Virus record (IMG/VR): IMGVR_UViG_3300032285_001531
Strand: one strand, 5' to 3'
Source of the DNA: a virus
Lineage: Duplodnaviria; Caudoviricetes
DNA length: 64,000 bases
Positions 25,888 through 35,344 of the stretch are shown here, in pieces. Made by a program: the position numbers and the translations under genes. Each line of letters starts with the position of its first letter. Positions within the stretch are counted from its first letter, which is position 1. The notes beneath the pieces are model-generated. The model saw only the letters and a program-made list of their open reading frames with translations. It made no database searches and had not been told where the DNA came from.

Positions 25888-27233
25888 GAACGTATGATAA
25901 ACGTATAGCATTTTTAGTTAGTTATCAAACATTGATTCCTCATGGGGGCATAGGACAATTCACTAAAAGTTTTATTGAGTTGATGGATAGCCACAATATC
26001 AAAGTAGATATCATAACTGACAAGAAACCACAAGACAGTGAATTCATTAAATCAATCAATACTAATATAATCTATCCAGATGAGTCATTACCATATACCG
26101 ATCATAGTGCTATCTTTATGTACGGTGATAGTTATTGCTTTGAACGTATGGCAAACTTTCGTAATTCAATTATCAAAGCATTGACAAATAATCTATATGA
26201 TGCAATGATATGTAATACTTATGAAACTGTACAAGTTGCAAGTACTATGGGTCTAGAAGATGTTATTCAAATCATTGCCTATACACACTTAGAAAGTCAA
26301 ATATTCAAAGATACTAAGAATCCTTTCTTACACAGTGTTAATGACATGATGCGTAAGCAATTAGAACTTAATGGATTATATGTGGGTACTCAAAGTAAAT
26401 TTAATCAATTGAATATTAGTGACACTGCATATCATCTTCCTATTCCAATCACAGAACAAGAGTTGTTAAAAGAATATCATAAACCTAGAGAAGGTGTATT
26501 GTTTATCGGTCGGTGGGAAGAAGGAAAGAATCCTGAACTATACTTAGATTTAATTGAGCAAACTAAATTACCTGCAAAAGTAATGACTAGTGCAAATGGT
26601 GCTAAAAAGTTTGAAGAACGACTGAAGAAGATCGGTGTCAAGTATGATATTCGTGTAGGTATCTTAGGCCCAGAGAAAGTTGATTTTATCACTGGTAGTC
26701 GTGTTGCATTTAATCCTAGCACAGTTGAAAGCTATGGTATGGCTTTTCATGAACAGCATATTCAATTGCCTACGTTTGTATTAGAGAATCAGCGTTGGAC
26801 AAAAAACTTTAATAGTAGTTACTTTTTGACAACTAATAAGAAAAACATGGCTAAGGATGTATTAGACATGTATAATCATAGTACTGATGCAAGTTTATGG
26901 TATGAGACTGGATCTTTGAAACATGCACAACAAATTGAAGCAGATATATTTCATAAATGGAATGAGTGTTTTAACAGTTTCACCCCAAAGCAAAGTAATA
27001 GCAATACAGCAAAAATATTGACTTATGATACCGTTGTTTATGCTGATTATATTAAAGATTTGGATAGAAATATGGTGTGTATTGATGACATACGAAGTGT
27101 GTTGACAAACAAGAAGAAGTATGCTACTATCTTGTATACTGATAACCACACAATATTATCAAAAGATAAAGATTATGTGCCAGTTATTAAAGATGAAACA
27201 GATTCATTCACTGATTTATTTGAATTTATATAA
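25884..27233 (+). CDS. GT-B glycosyltransferase (GT4-like)
   Basis: HGGIGQF, FIGRWEEGKNPE, PSTVESYGMAFHE; start moved to ATG 25884. Confidence 0.82.
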   Translation: MRTYDKRIAFLVSYQTLIPHGGIGQFTKSFIELMDSHNIKVDIITDKKPQDSEFIKSINTNIIYPDESLPYTDHSAIFMYGDSYCFERMANFRNSIIKALTNNLYDAMICNTYETVQVASTMGLEDVIQIIAYTHLESQIFKDTKNPFLHSVNDMMRKQLELNGLYVGTQSKFNQLNISDTAYHLPIPITEQELLKEYHKPREGVLFIGRWEEGKNPELYLDLIEQTKLPAKVMTSANGAKKFEERLKKIGVKYDIRVGILGPEKVDFITGSRVAFNPSTVESYGMAFHEQHIQLPTFVLENQRWTKNFNSSYFLTTNKKNMAKDVLDMYNHSTDASLWYETGSLKHAQQIEADIFHKWNECFNSFTPKQSNSNTAKILTYDTVVYADYIKDLDRNMVCIDDIRSVLTNKKKYATILYTDNHTILSKDKDYVPVIKDETDSFTDLFEFI

Positions 27234-27421
27234 TGATAACTATACCACATGACAAAATAAATGTAGTACATCATTATTTGAATACAGAAGTATCAAAGCG
27301 CCAATATTATTTTCACTCTGAGTTTGGAAATCATGATTGGAAAATTGAACGAAGTAATACTGATTGGGTATTACATGCCGATGTTAAACATGAAACATAT
27401 ATTGCATTAAGGTTTTTATGA
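27233..27421 (+). CDS. Small hypothetical (possible member of the short paralog family)
   Basis: C-terminus KHETYIALRFL. Confidence 0.6.
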   Translation: MITIPHDKINVVHHYLNTEVSKRQYYFHSEFGNHDWKIERSNTDWVLHADVKHETYIALRFL

Positions 27422-28476
27422 CATTTAATCAAAACGTAAAACGTATCGGCTTTGCTTGTAAATGGGCAGAGATCAACAAGAAGGGCGAAATTGCTAGTAC
27501 TGAAGGCTTAAACACCGGCGGTACTACTATGGCATGGGCAAATCGTCAAAGCCGTCGTGTTGCTGAAGAAAAAGTAATTGAGGTTGCTAAACGCAACATT
27601 ATGAACACTCATGCACTAATCAAAAAGGTAGCTACATTACCTAACGAATTGCGTATGTTACGTCTTACTAGTGACATGCTAAGTTTCTACACACATCCTG
27701 ATTGGCACGACTTCTGGCAATCTACTGATGTACAAAATAGTCTAGCACATTGGTTTGCACCATTAGGTGAGACTGCACGTGCTAATGATGTTCGTATTAG
27801 TTTTCACCCTGATCAATTTGTAGTTTTAGCAAGTGATCGTCCTGAGGTAGTAAATAAATCTATAGAGGAGTTTGAATATCATGTCTCAATGGCCAATTGG
27901 ATGGGCTTCGGCAAACAATTTCAAGACTGTAAAATCAACGTACACATATCGGGTAGAGCCGGTACCGAAGGTCTACGGAGTGCCTACAAACGACTCAGCC
28001 CCGAAGCAAGAAATTGCATCACAATCGAAAATGAAGAAATAAGTTATGGACTCAACGACTGTCTTACTATCTCTGACATCTGTCCTATTGTTATGGATAT
28101 TCATCACCATTGGATTAAAAGTAATGGTGAATACATCGACCCTAAAGATCCTCGGATCAAAATGGTGGTGGAAAGTTGGCGAGGTGTTAGGCCTGTCATG
28201 CATTTCAGCACTAGCCGTGAAGATATTCTTGTTGGTCACTCTCCCGATATTAGGCCTGATCTTGAAACTCTTCTCCTAGCAGGACATAAAAAACAATTTT
28301 TACGTGCGCACAGCGACTACTATTGGAACAACGAGGTTAACCAATGGGCATTGTCATTCAATGACCAATTCGATATAATGTGCGAGAGTAAAGCTAAGAA
28401 TCTAGCTAGTTTTAAATTATACGAAGGAAGTAAAAATGTTAAAGAAACTAAAGAACTTATTCTCGAAGAAGCCTAA
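27418..28476 (+). CDS. uvsE: UV damage endonuclease UvsE/UvdE
   Basis: RIGFAC, LRLTSD, SFHPDQF, NVHISG, TIENEE, DIHHH, HSDY, MCESKAK. Confidence 0.92.
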   Translation: MTFNQNVKRIGFACKWAEINKKGEIASTEGLNTGGTTMAWANRQSRRVAEEKVIEVAKRNIMNTHALIKKVATLPNELRMLRLTSDMLSFYTHPDWHDFWQSTDVQNSLAHWFAPLGETARANDVRISFHPDQFVVLASDRPEVVNKSIEEFEYHVSMANWMGFGKQFQDCKINVHISGRAGTEGLRSAYKRLSPEARNCITIENEEISYGLNDCLTISDICPIVMDIHHHWIKSNGEYIDPKDPRIKMVVESWRGVRPVMHFSTSREDILVGHSPDIRPDLETLLLAGHKKQFLRAHSDYYWNNEVNQWALSFNDQFDIMCESKAKNLASFKLYEGSKNVKETKELILEEA

Positions 28477-28843
28477 GAAAGAAGTAAAAGAAGTAGTAAT
28501 TAAGGCTCCTAAGAAAAAAGAACTAACACCTAAAGAAGAAGCTACATCTAAAGGTGAACCATATATTGCTATCTTAAAAGTAGAAATTGATGATAACAAT
28601 ATGAATAACGGTGCGTTTGATTTAGATTGGAATGATAAGTTTGTCATCAATCTAATACGTGCCGGATATAAACAACGTGATGATGATACTGATACTATTA
28701 TTGTTGAGCGTTGGTTTCAAAATGTATGTCGTAACATAGCGTTAGAGTTGTATGAGCAGGGACAAGCGGACCCAGATAAACGTGAACCACGTTATGGGCT
28801 TAATAAACGAGATTTAGGTAACAATAGAACAGAAGTTTCCTAA
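28436..28843 (+). CDS. Hypothetical protein
   Basis: 135 aa; GAFDLDWNDKF motif. Confidence 0.75.
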   Translation: MLKKLKNLFSKKPKKEVKEVVIKAPKKKELTPKEEATSKGEPYIAILKVEIDDNNMNNGAFDLDWNDKFVINLIRAGYKQRDDDTDTIIVERWFQNVCRNIALELYEQGQADPDKREPRYGLNKRDLGNNRTEVS

Positions 28844-28869
28844 ATAAAAAATAATAGTAGGAGTATGTA

Positions 28870-30087
28870 ATGGCAAAGTTTTCTTTCAACTATTCAACTG
28901 CAGAAGTTAAAGAACGACCTGTAAACGAGTTGGATAAAAAGCCAGGCGACTATGATATTATCTCATTGGAAGATGAGATACTTTCAGTTATGTCAAAAGT
29001 TAAATTTGATTCTAATAATCTTAACTTGAATAAACCACAGCATGTTAGTGAAATGCCTGATTTTATGAAGTTAAAAGTTAGATTATTAAAAGTTGCTAGA
29101 GCAATACAACGTCCATACATGATGAACCACGCACTTAATATTTCATATGGATGGGATTCACGTAGACCATTATTTCCTGTTGTAGTTTATAATCCTTTAA
29201 CAGACGAATATTGGATTATTGAGGGTAATCATACTAGTATTGCTCAAGGTTATCGTGCGGCTACAGGTTCTTTCCCTGACTTCAATTCTGAAGAATGGCT
29301 CAATTTTGAAATTAAATGTCAAGTTGTTACATTAAACCCTGATAAAAACGGCAACGTAGATATGAGTTTTTGCCGCGATCATTTTACAGGCACCAACGGT
29401 GATGATAGAGAACCGTTAGATGAGTTTGATTTTTACAAAAACTATGTATTAAAGGTGCGTCAAGATTATGCAGGTGATCTGCAAAAATGTGACGATGATA
29501 ATGCAAAAAAATATTACAACTTACAAGTAACTGCAGAATCATGGGACTTAACTCCGGTTCATCCCAGAAGCGGTAGAAACACAATGCTTCCCGGTGCAAT
29601 TACTCATATCAAAGCTTTTACGAAATTAAAGATTGATGATATAAATTTTATAGGTAAAAATCACAAAGAGTTTTGGGACAATGAAGTTGTTGATGCAATT
29701 GAATTAGATCCACTTGCTACTTTGCGAAAACTTATTGACAAAAATAAATCTGATCCAGATGAATTTCATAGTAAACAACATAAAAAATTCATGTACGAGA
29801 TGGCTGCAGTAATGCAAAAATTTGGTACTACACCTTCAGGCTTCAAAGATTTTGCGGTTGACGTATGGAAAGAGTATTATCAGAGAACAGCACTACTTGT
29901 AGAAAAGAAAATTCCAGCACCCCCTAAGGATTTTTCATTGATCTTATGGTTAAGATTACACAAAAAAGTGGGCGGTAAATACAATTGTATTCCTAACAGC
30001 GTGTACACACGTTTTATAGAAAATGATGTAGATGTTATTGAATGCTTACCAAAAGCTAAAAAGAAATTTTTTAAAGATTTTGCATAA
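28870..30087 (+). CDS. ParB-like N-terminal domain protein (tentative)
   Basis: PVVVY..YWIIEGNHT resembles ParB/DndB DGxH. Confidence 0.5.
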   Translation: MAKFSFNYSTAEVKERPVNELDKKPGDYDIISLEDEILSVMSKVKFDSNNLNLNKPQHVSEMPDFMKLKVRLLKVARAIQRPYMMNHALNISYGWDSRRPLFPVVVYNPLTDEYWIIEGNHTSIAQGYRAATGSFPDFNSEEWLNFEIKCQVVTLNPDKNGNVDMSFCRDHFTGTNGDDREPLDEFDFYKNYVLKVRQDYAGDLQKCDDDNAKKYYNLQVTAESWDLTPVHPRSGRNTMLPGAITHIKAFTKLKIDDINFIGKNHKEFWDNEVVDAIELDPLATLRKLIDKNKSDPDEFHSKQHKKFMYEMAAVMQKFGTTPSGFKDFAVDVWKEYYQRTALLVEKKIPAPPKDFSLILWLRLHKKVGGKYNCIPNSVYTRFIENDVDVIECLPKAKKKFFKDFA

Positions 30088-30089
30088 TC

Positions 30090-30509
30090 ATGTACAATTA
30101 TTCATATCTTGCATTGATACACGGTAAATGGAAACAAGGTGTTTGTGAAGTTGTAAAAGACAGATTTAAAGGTTATAACAAAGGCAACTTTAGTTTTTAT
30201 CCTTGTTTACTACATGTCATAGAAGAGGGACATGAGGAGCAGGTTAGTATATTAGAAACTAAAACGTTAGCCATTCTGTATGATTACCTTGAAAATCCTG
30301 AATTTTACACTAAACCAACAGAATATGTTGATCCTAAGTTTGAACATATAGATGAAAACTATATTAAAAATGTTATAGAGAAAATAATAAAGGAAAATAA
30401 TCTTAATTTTAGAAAAGTCAAAGAGGAGTTTCTCAAAGAATCAATTAAAGATCCTGACTTCTTAGAAAAAATAAGAATGTTTCCTGAAAAATATCTTGAA
30501 GGCTGTTGA
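30090..30509 (+). CDS. Hypothetical, GIY-YIG/T5orf172-like (tentative)
   Basis: YSY..GKWKQG..KDRFKGYNKGN..E pattern. Confidence 0.4.
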   Translation: MYNYSYLALIHGKWKQGVCEVVKDRFKGYNKGNFSFYPCLLHVIEEGHEEQVSILETKTLAILYDYLENPEFYTKPTEYVDPKFEHIDENYIKNVIEKIIKENNLNFRKVKEEFLKESIKDPDFLEKIRMFPEKYLEGC

Positions 30510-30511
30510 AC

Positions 30512-30540
30512 TTGACAGTGAATAGTAATTCTGTTATATT
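30512..30540 (+). promoter_or_regulatory. sigma70-type promoter, leaderless
   Basis: TTGACA-17-TATATT; ATG 30547 after a 6-nt gap. Confidence 0.7.
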
Positions 30541-30546
30541 ATACTT

Positions 30547-31551
30547 ATGAAAAAATACGCACTCATAGACACAGCTAACACATTCTTCCGTGCCCGTCAT
30601 GTGGCTAGTCGCAATACTGACACATGGGGTAAAATCGGCATGGCTCTACATTTATCACTTGCAAGTGTTAATCAAATTGCAAGAAAGTTTGGAGTAGACC
30701 ATGTAGTATTCTGCTTAGAGGGCCGTTCATGGCGTAAGGATTATTACGAGCCATACAAAAAAAATCGTATTGTTGATGCACAAGCACAAACAGATTCCGA
30801 ACGTGAAGAAAATGAAATGTTCTGGGATACATACGAAAAGTTCACAACTTATCTTATTGAAAAGACAAATGTAAGTGTAATCAGACATCCAGAAGCTGAG
30901 GCTGATGATGTTATCGCACGATTCATTCATTTACATCCTGATGATGAACACTTTATCATATCTAGTGACACTGACTATATTCAATTAATTGCACCTAATG
31001 TTAAGCAATACAATGGTGTTACTAATCAATTAATCACATTAGAAGGTTACTTTGACGATAGAGATAGACCTATCGTAGATAAGAAAACAAAAGAAACAAA
31101 GTTATTAGGTGACCCTGAGTTTGTTTTATTTGAAAAATGTATGCGTGGTGATGCAACTGATAATGTATTCAGTGCATATCCAGGTGTACGTACTAAAGGT
31201 TCTAAGAATAAAGTTGGTCTTACAGAAGCGTTTGAGGATCGTACTAAACAAGGCTTCAACTGGAATAACTTAATGTTGCAGAAGTGGGCCGATCATAACG
31301 GTGTAGAACATCGTGTTAGAGATGATTATGAACGTAATCGCACATTGATTGATCTTAAGGCACAACCACAAGAAATCAAAGATAAAGTTGATGAAGCTAT
31401 TATTACAGGAGTGCGTACTAATTCAACTCCTCAAGTAGGTATTCACTTTATGAAATTTTGTGGTAAGTATGAACTTACTAAAATTAGTGAACAAGCAGAA
31501 GCATACGCAAAATGGTTAAACAGTCCTTATACTGGATCATTAGTTAAATAA
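30547..31551 (+). CDS. rnh: 5'-3' exonuclease / T4 RNase H
   Basis: LIDTAN, EADDVIA, SSDTD, GDATDNV. Confidence 0.92.
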   Translation: MKKYALIDTANTFFRARHVASRNTDTWGKIGMALHLSLASVNQIARKFGVDHVVFCLEGRSWRKDYYEPYKKNRIVDAQAQTDSEREENEMFWDTYEKFTTYLIEKTNVSVIRHPEAEADDVIARFIHLHPDDEHFIISSDTDYIQLIAPNVKQYNGVTNQLITLEGYFDDRDRPIVDKKTKETKLLGDPEFVLFEKCMRGDATDNVFSAYPGVRTKGSKNKVGLTEAFEDRTKQGFNWNNLMLQKWADHNGVEHRVRDDYERNRTLIDLKAQPQEIKDKVDEAIITGVRTNSTPQVGIHFMKFCGKYELTKISEQAEAYAKWLNSPYTGSLVK

Positions 31552-31589
31552 GACATCATTTGGGAACGGAAAAATGACTAAATATTTTA

Positions 31590-31805
31590 ATGCTATATAT
31601 CTCAAATTCGGGGCTTACTACAATGTACATAGTAACTAATGACGAAGGTCAAATACTATTATACACCTCAGACTCAAGAATGGCAAATTACGTAAATGCT
31701 AGAAGTAAGGGAATTGATTCTGAATTTCGTTTACGTGTTGGCGGTGATCCGGGAACTAAAACATCTAAATCTATTTGGCATCACGTTAGACAATTCTATA
31801 AATGA
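31590..31805 (+). CDS. Hypothetical protein
   Basis: 71 aa after TAAATA. Confidence 0.55.
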   Translation: MLYISNSGLTTMYIVTNDEGQILLYTSDSRMANYVNARSKGIDSEFRLRVGGDPGTKTSKSIWHHVRQFYK

Positions 31806-31999
31806 CAGTTGCAGTAAATATACATAATCTAGAAAGCACCGAGGAAGTAGAAAAGTTAATAACCTATGCGGTAAAAAACTGTAAGGGCTTTAGGGGTGCT
31901 GCGTATAAAGATGAATTTGGTTTAGACTGTCCACTAGGAGTACAATTTTTTTTTGACACCGAAGAGGATGCAATCATTTTTAACTTGAAGGATATATGA
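31802..31999 (+). CDS. Short paralog family (F-x-x-E-x-DA-x-x-F-x-L-K/R)
   Basis: FFFDTEEDAIIFNLK. Confidence 0.7.
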   Translation: MTVAVNIHNLESTEEVEKLITYAVKNCKGFRGAAYKDEFGLDCPLGVQFFFDTEEDAIIFNLKDI

Positions 32000-32205
32000 T
32001 GTACGTTGACCAAATGAAGTATTGGTATAAATTGGTAGATCATTACTATGACAATGAACATTGGAAATGCAGTGATGTTGCTCCCACTGGCAGTATTAGT
32101 GAATGGATAAAACATGAATTCGATGGTATTATTGATTGGCAAGATAAGAAAATATACTTTAATGATCCTAAAAGACTTTCTTGGTTTGTTCTTAAATGGT
32201 CATGA
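31996..32205 (+). CDS. Short paralog family
   Basis: YFNDPKRLSWFVLKWS. Confidence 0.7.
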   Translation: MMYVDQMKYWYKLVDHYYDNEHWKCSDVAPTGSISEWIKHEFDGIIDWQDKKIYFNDPKRLSWFVLKWS

Positions 32206-32393
32206 CATATCCAGTAAAAATATATTGGAAAAATGGTGATAGTATTAGTGACTGGAACGAGAAATGCATTCAAGTTATGGAACACTTTGGATTGCCAGGA
32301 AACAAATATACTACTACAGTAACAGATGAACACATGACTTTTAATTTTAACCAATCAGAAGATGCAGTATTATTCAAGCTAAAATGCCTGTAA
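32202..32393 (+). CDS. Short paralog family
   Basis: FNFNQSEDAVLFKLKCL. Confidence 0.7.
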   Translation: MTYPVKIYWKNGDSISDWNEKCIQVMEHFGLPGNKYTTTVTDEHMTFNFNQSEDAVLFKLKCL

Positions 32394-32399
32394 TAATCT

Positions 32400-32618
32400 A
32401 TGATTGAGATTGTACTTCACAAGCGTAGTCCAGATCAAATAATTAATATTGTTCGCAGTATGAAAGAACATGGAATGGTAGAAGGTAAGGACTTTGCTTT
32501 TAGGTATAATCAAAGTAAATGGGATCCATTTGATTATGAAGCCATATCTGCCGAGCATACTGTGTTTGTATTCTATGAAGAAAAGTATGCTACTTGGTTT
32601 CAGTTGAGGTGGGCATGA
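32400..32618 (+). CDS. Short paralog family
   Basis: FVFYEEKYATWFQLRWA. Confidence 0.7.
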   Translation: MIEIVLHKRSPDQIINIVRSMKEHGMVEGKDFAFRYNQSKWDPFDYEAISAEHTVFVFYEEKYATWFQLRWA

Positions 32619-32842
32619 TTACACTGCACCGACATCAGTGGGTAAAGATTAAAGAACAGTTAAAAGAAGAATACAAAGAGACTCCTTCGGTAATGTTATT
32701 TCGTATGAAGATGAAAACAGTATTAGGTTTTACTATTCGTGAAAATAACTATTGGGATGATGACGTAGAACGTAGGCATATTGTATACCTTGATTTTTTT
32801 GATGACCAAAAAGAAATTGTATTCAGATTAAAATATCTATGA
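32615..32842 (+). CDS. Short paralog family
   Basis: LDFFDDQKEIVFRLKYL. Confidence 0.7.
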   Translation: MITLHRHQWVKIKEQLKEEYKETPSVMLFRMKMKTVLGFTIRENNYWDDDVERRHIVYLDFFDDQKEIVFRLKYL

Positions 32843-33036
32843 CTTATACTCGCCGACACCCTTATACCCATATTAAGAATTTTCAAACTCAAAATGAGTC
32901 AACCGAACATATTAAATGGTGTCGTAGAAATTTAGGTGAACGTGGCAGAGACTGGGACTTTGTTGGATCCATAAATCTAACTGTTATGATATATACCGAA
33001 AAATACATTTCTTTTTATAAACTCATTTATGAATGA
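32839..33036 (+). CDS. Short paralog family
   Basis: HIKWCRRNLG..IYTEKYISFYKLIYE. Confidence 0.65.
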   Translation: MTYTRRHPYTHIKNFQTQNESTEHIKWCRRNLGERGRDWDFVGSINLTVMIYTEKYISFYKLIYE

Positions 33037-33080
33037 CCAAAACATTTTACTTGTCATATGTTTAATGTTATAATTAATAC

Positions 33081-33536
33081 ATGGAAGAAGTATATTACAA
33101 AAAAGTCGGACGTAAATATGTAGAAGTAGCACGTGGTGATGTAATTGATAGTTTTCCTATTGGCGCATCATTAGTTATCGCTGAACCAGGTACAACAATG
33201 AAGTACTATAAGATTGATCCTGCATTAGCTCCAATGGTAGCAGCAAGTCAAAATGCCAAACAAATATTAAGTAAAGTTCTTATGGATGAACTATCACTAC
33301 GTCCTAGTAAAAAACTATACACAGAAGAACAAGCTACTGCTTGGAAAAAACTAAGCGAAACATTAGGAGAAGAAATTCATCCACTAGCATGGCCTAGTGT
33401 CTATGCAGCAGTAGAAGCAGCTATGAAAGTGTTGCAAGAGGATGCTAAACATATGTTAAAGTATCCTGCAGTAAAAAAAGCATACGAAGAATTTTTATTA
33501 GTATACAAATTAACTAAGGAAGAATATGACAAATAA
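33081..33536 (+). CDS. Hypothetical protein, leaderless
   Basis: 151 aa; TGnTATAAT 33066-74, then ATG after a 6-nt gap. Confidence 0.75.
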   Translation: MEEVYYKKVGRKYVEVARGDVIDSFPIGASLVIAEPGTTMKYYKIDPALAPMVAASQNAKQILSKVLMDELSLRPSKKLYTEEQATAWKKLSETLGEEIHPLAWPSVYAAVEAAMKVLQEDAKHMLKYPAVKKAYEEFLLVYKLTKEEYDK

Positions 33537-33999
33537 TCTGATAGCAAAGCCAGTAGTTAAAAATCAGTACTGGATCGTTACAGACGGTAAACATAAAGTG
33601 GGCAATGTACTTGCTACTGGATCTGGGTATGAAGTAAAGATCGGAAATGCAAAGAAAGAATATCCTAATACTAAAACAATTGCTAATAAAGAGCATATTG
33701 AATTTGTTGCTCCTATTAAATCAGTAAAGAAAGATATTAATCCATATAGTGAATATCCTACAGGAACTAATAAAGTCTATAACAGTGTTTTGGATGTAAA
33801 GCGTAAGATTCACTTATTTACTAAAACTCCAAAAAGTAAGTGTTATTATGCAGCAGGGTGGTTTGTAGTTAAGCAGGGGACGGAATACATGGTAATGCTG
33901 AGTCCTAAATACATCTTTGTACAACGATATGAGTGTTATGGTCCATTTGCTACTAAAACCGAAGCAGGAGACACAAAAAACTTGATAAATACAATATGA
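33526..33999 (+). CDS. Hypothetical protein
   Basis: 157 aa. Confidence 0.75.
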   Translation: MTNNLIAKPVVKNQYWIVTDGKHKVGNVLATGSGYEVKIGNAKKEYPNTKTIANKEHIEFVAPIKSVKKDINPYSEYPTGTNKVYNSVLDVKRKIHLFTKTPKSKCYYAAGWFVVKQGTEYMVMLSPKYIFVQRYECYGPFATKTEAGDTKNLINTI

Positions 34000-34208
34000 T
34001 CCATATTAAAAGATTTATAGATAAAGTTGCTAGTATGGAAGGTAAACAAGGAAGGGACGTAATACTACCCATAGCTGATGCTAGGTCTTTACGTGACGAA
34101 ATAGCAAAATTAATTATTGACCGTCATGGCGAAGCAGTAGCAGAAACAACTCCGAGGCCACAGAACAACGAGGTTATTCAAGTTGAAGTTAAGGGCGGTC
34201 GATGGTAA
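33996..34208 (+). CDS. Hypothetical protein
   Basis: 70 aa after TAAATA. Confidence 0.7.
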   Translation: MIHIKRFIDKVASMEGKQGRDVILPIADARSLRDEIAKLIIDRHGEAVAETTPRPQNNEVIQVEVKGGRW

Positions 34209-34212
34209 CTTA

Positions 34213-34506
34213 ATGAGTAGAACACAACCCAAAGTCATATTAGAAATAGTAGACAAAACTACTTACAAAAATGATCAAATTGTAGAGGCTGCAGGTATAT
34301 GGGCAGTATTCTACGATGGGCAACCTATTAACCTCAAAAGCCAACACTATATTGATAGTGAGTCCGTACCTAAATACAAGAAAACTAGTTTCAGTAATCC
34401 GGGACATGCACGTAATCTGTGTAGAAAGTTAAATGCCCAATTCAAAACAGACAAATTTAGTGTAGTGTTTATGAACTCGGGTACAAAAGTGTACCCTGAT
34501 GAATAA
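34213..34506 (+). CDS. Hypothetical protein
   Basis: MSRTQPK..YKKTSFSNPGHA. Confidence 0.75.
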   Translation: MSRTQPKVILEIVDKTTYKNDQIVEAAGIWAVFYDGQPINLKSQHYIDSESVPKYKKTSFSNPGHARNLCRKLNAQFKTDKFSVVFMNSGTKVYPDE

Positions 34507-34903
34507 GCATAATATAAAATGTGCAATCACAGAAGCCGTATTAAAAGAATTACCTGAAGGAAAAGTAATACCTATACAAAGTGCTATGTCATCATGGTGG
34601 GTAAACTTTAGAAATGAAGGTGGAATGCGATTAACCGATGTTGGATTAAAAGCATTTAAGAACGCAAACATTCAATCATACACATATGATGTAGATATTG
34701 ATAGACTAGTGGACGGTGGCATGAGTTACACCACATTATTACTACAGTGCAATAACAAGATTAATTGTCCGTATTATATAGGAAGATTTAAAGATAACAA
34801 GCAACCATATATAAAGATATTTGACGATAAGATAGCTATGCTTATTAGTTTATACGGCGATTTTTACGATTATTTAATTAGTGTTAAAAAGAAAACTAAA
34901 TAA
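34499..34903 (+). CDS. Hypothetical protein
   Basis: 134 aa. Confidence 0.7.
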   Translation: MNKHNIKCAITEAVLKELPEGKVIPIQSAMSSWWVNFRNEGGMRLTDVGLKAFKNANIQSYTYDVDIDRLVDGGMSYTTLLLQCNNKINCPYYIGRFKDNKQPYIKIFDDKIAMLISLYGDFYDYLISVKKKTK

Positions 34904-34919
34904 TTTTGTCGGAGGCGAT

Positions 34920-35075
34920 ATGACTGAAGAAAAGAAAAGCAAGAACCCATTCATTAACATGGCAAACGCAGCAAAAAAAGCAACAACAGTACCAGTGCAA
35001 CAAGGGAAAGCTCCTAAACCAAGCAAAGGATTTGGGGCAAAGAACGTAGTAAGAAGAACCGGACGAGGACGATAA
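34920..35075 (+). CDS. Small basic protein
   Basis: GGAGG SD; ends RRTGRGR. Confidence 0.65.
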   Translation: MTEEKKSKNPFINMANAAKKATTVPVQQGKAPKPSKGFGAKNVVRRTGRGR

Positions 35076-35076
35076 C

Positions 35077-35253
35077 ATGAAACTAATCACAGTAGCATTA
35101 ACAGCAGTATTAGCAGTTGGAACAGTATACGCAGCAGAACCAGCAAAATCAGGTACTACTGCAGAAGCGCCAGCAAAGGGTAAACTCTTGCTAGCCAAAA
35201 AGAAAGACCATAGTAAGGATGACGCAAAGCCTGTTAAAAAGAGTAAGAAGTAA
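35077..35253 (+). CDS. Small secreted Ala/Lys-rich protein (58 aa, not in ORF track)
   Basis: MKLITVALTAVLAVGTVYA signal peptide, then AEPAKSG...KKSKK. Confidence 0.65.
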   Translation: MKLITVALTAVLAVGTVYAAEPAKSGTTAEAPAKGKLLLAKKKDHSKDDAKPVKKSKK

Positions 35254-35294
35254 TATTTTTTACGCAGTACAGCATTATAAATAGTTTTACAGTT

Positions 35295-35319
35295 TTTGAG
35301 GTTCTGCAAAAACCTCAAA
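35295..35319 (+). other. 9-bp hairpin in the 5' leader of 35345
   Basis: TTTGAGGTT/AACCTCAAA, downstream of TATAAATA and upstream of a CA-rich leader with AGGAG. Confidence 0.5.
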
Positions 35320-35344
35320 CATACACATACACAAGGAGAAAAAT

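Noticed and set aside
34896-35318. 140-aa minus-strand ORF and many similar short antisense ORFs in the track
   Set aside because: Shadows of well-supported opposite-strand genes, with no SD or recognisable motifs
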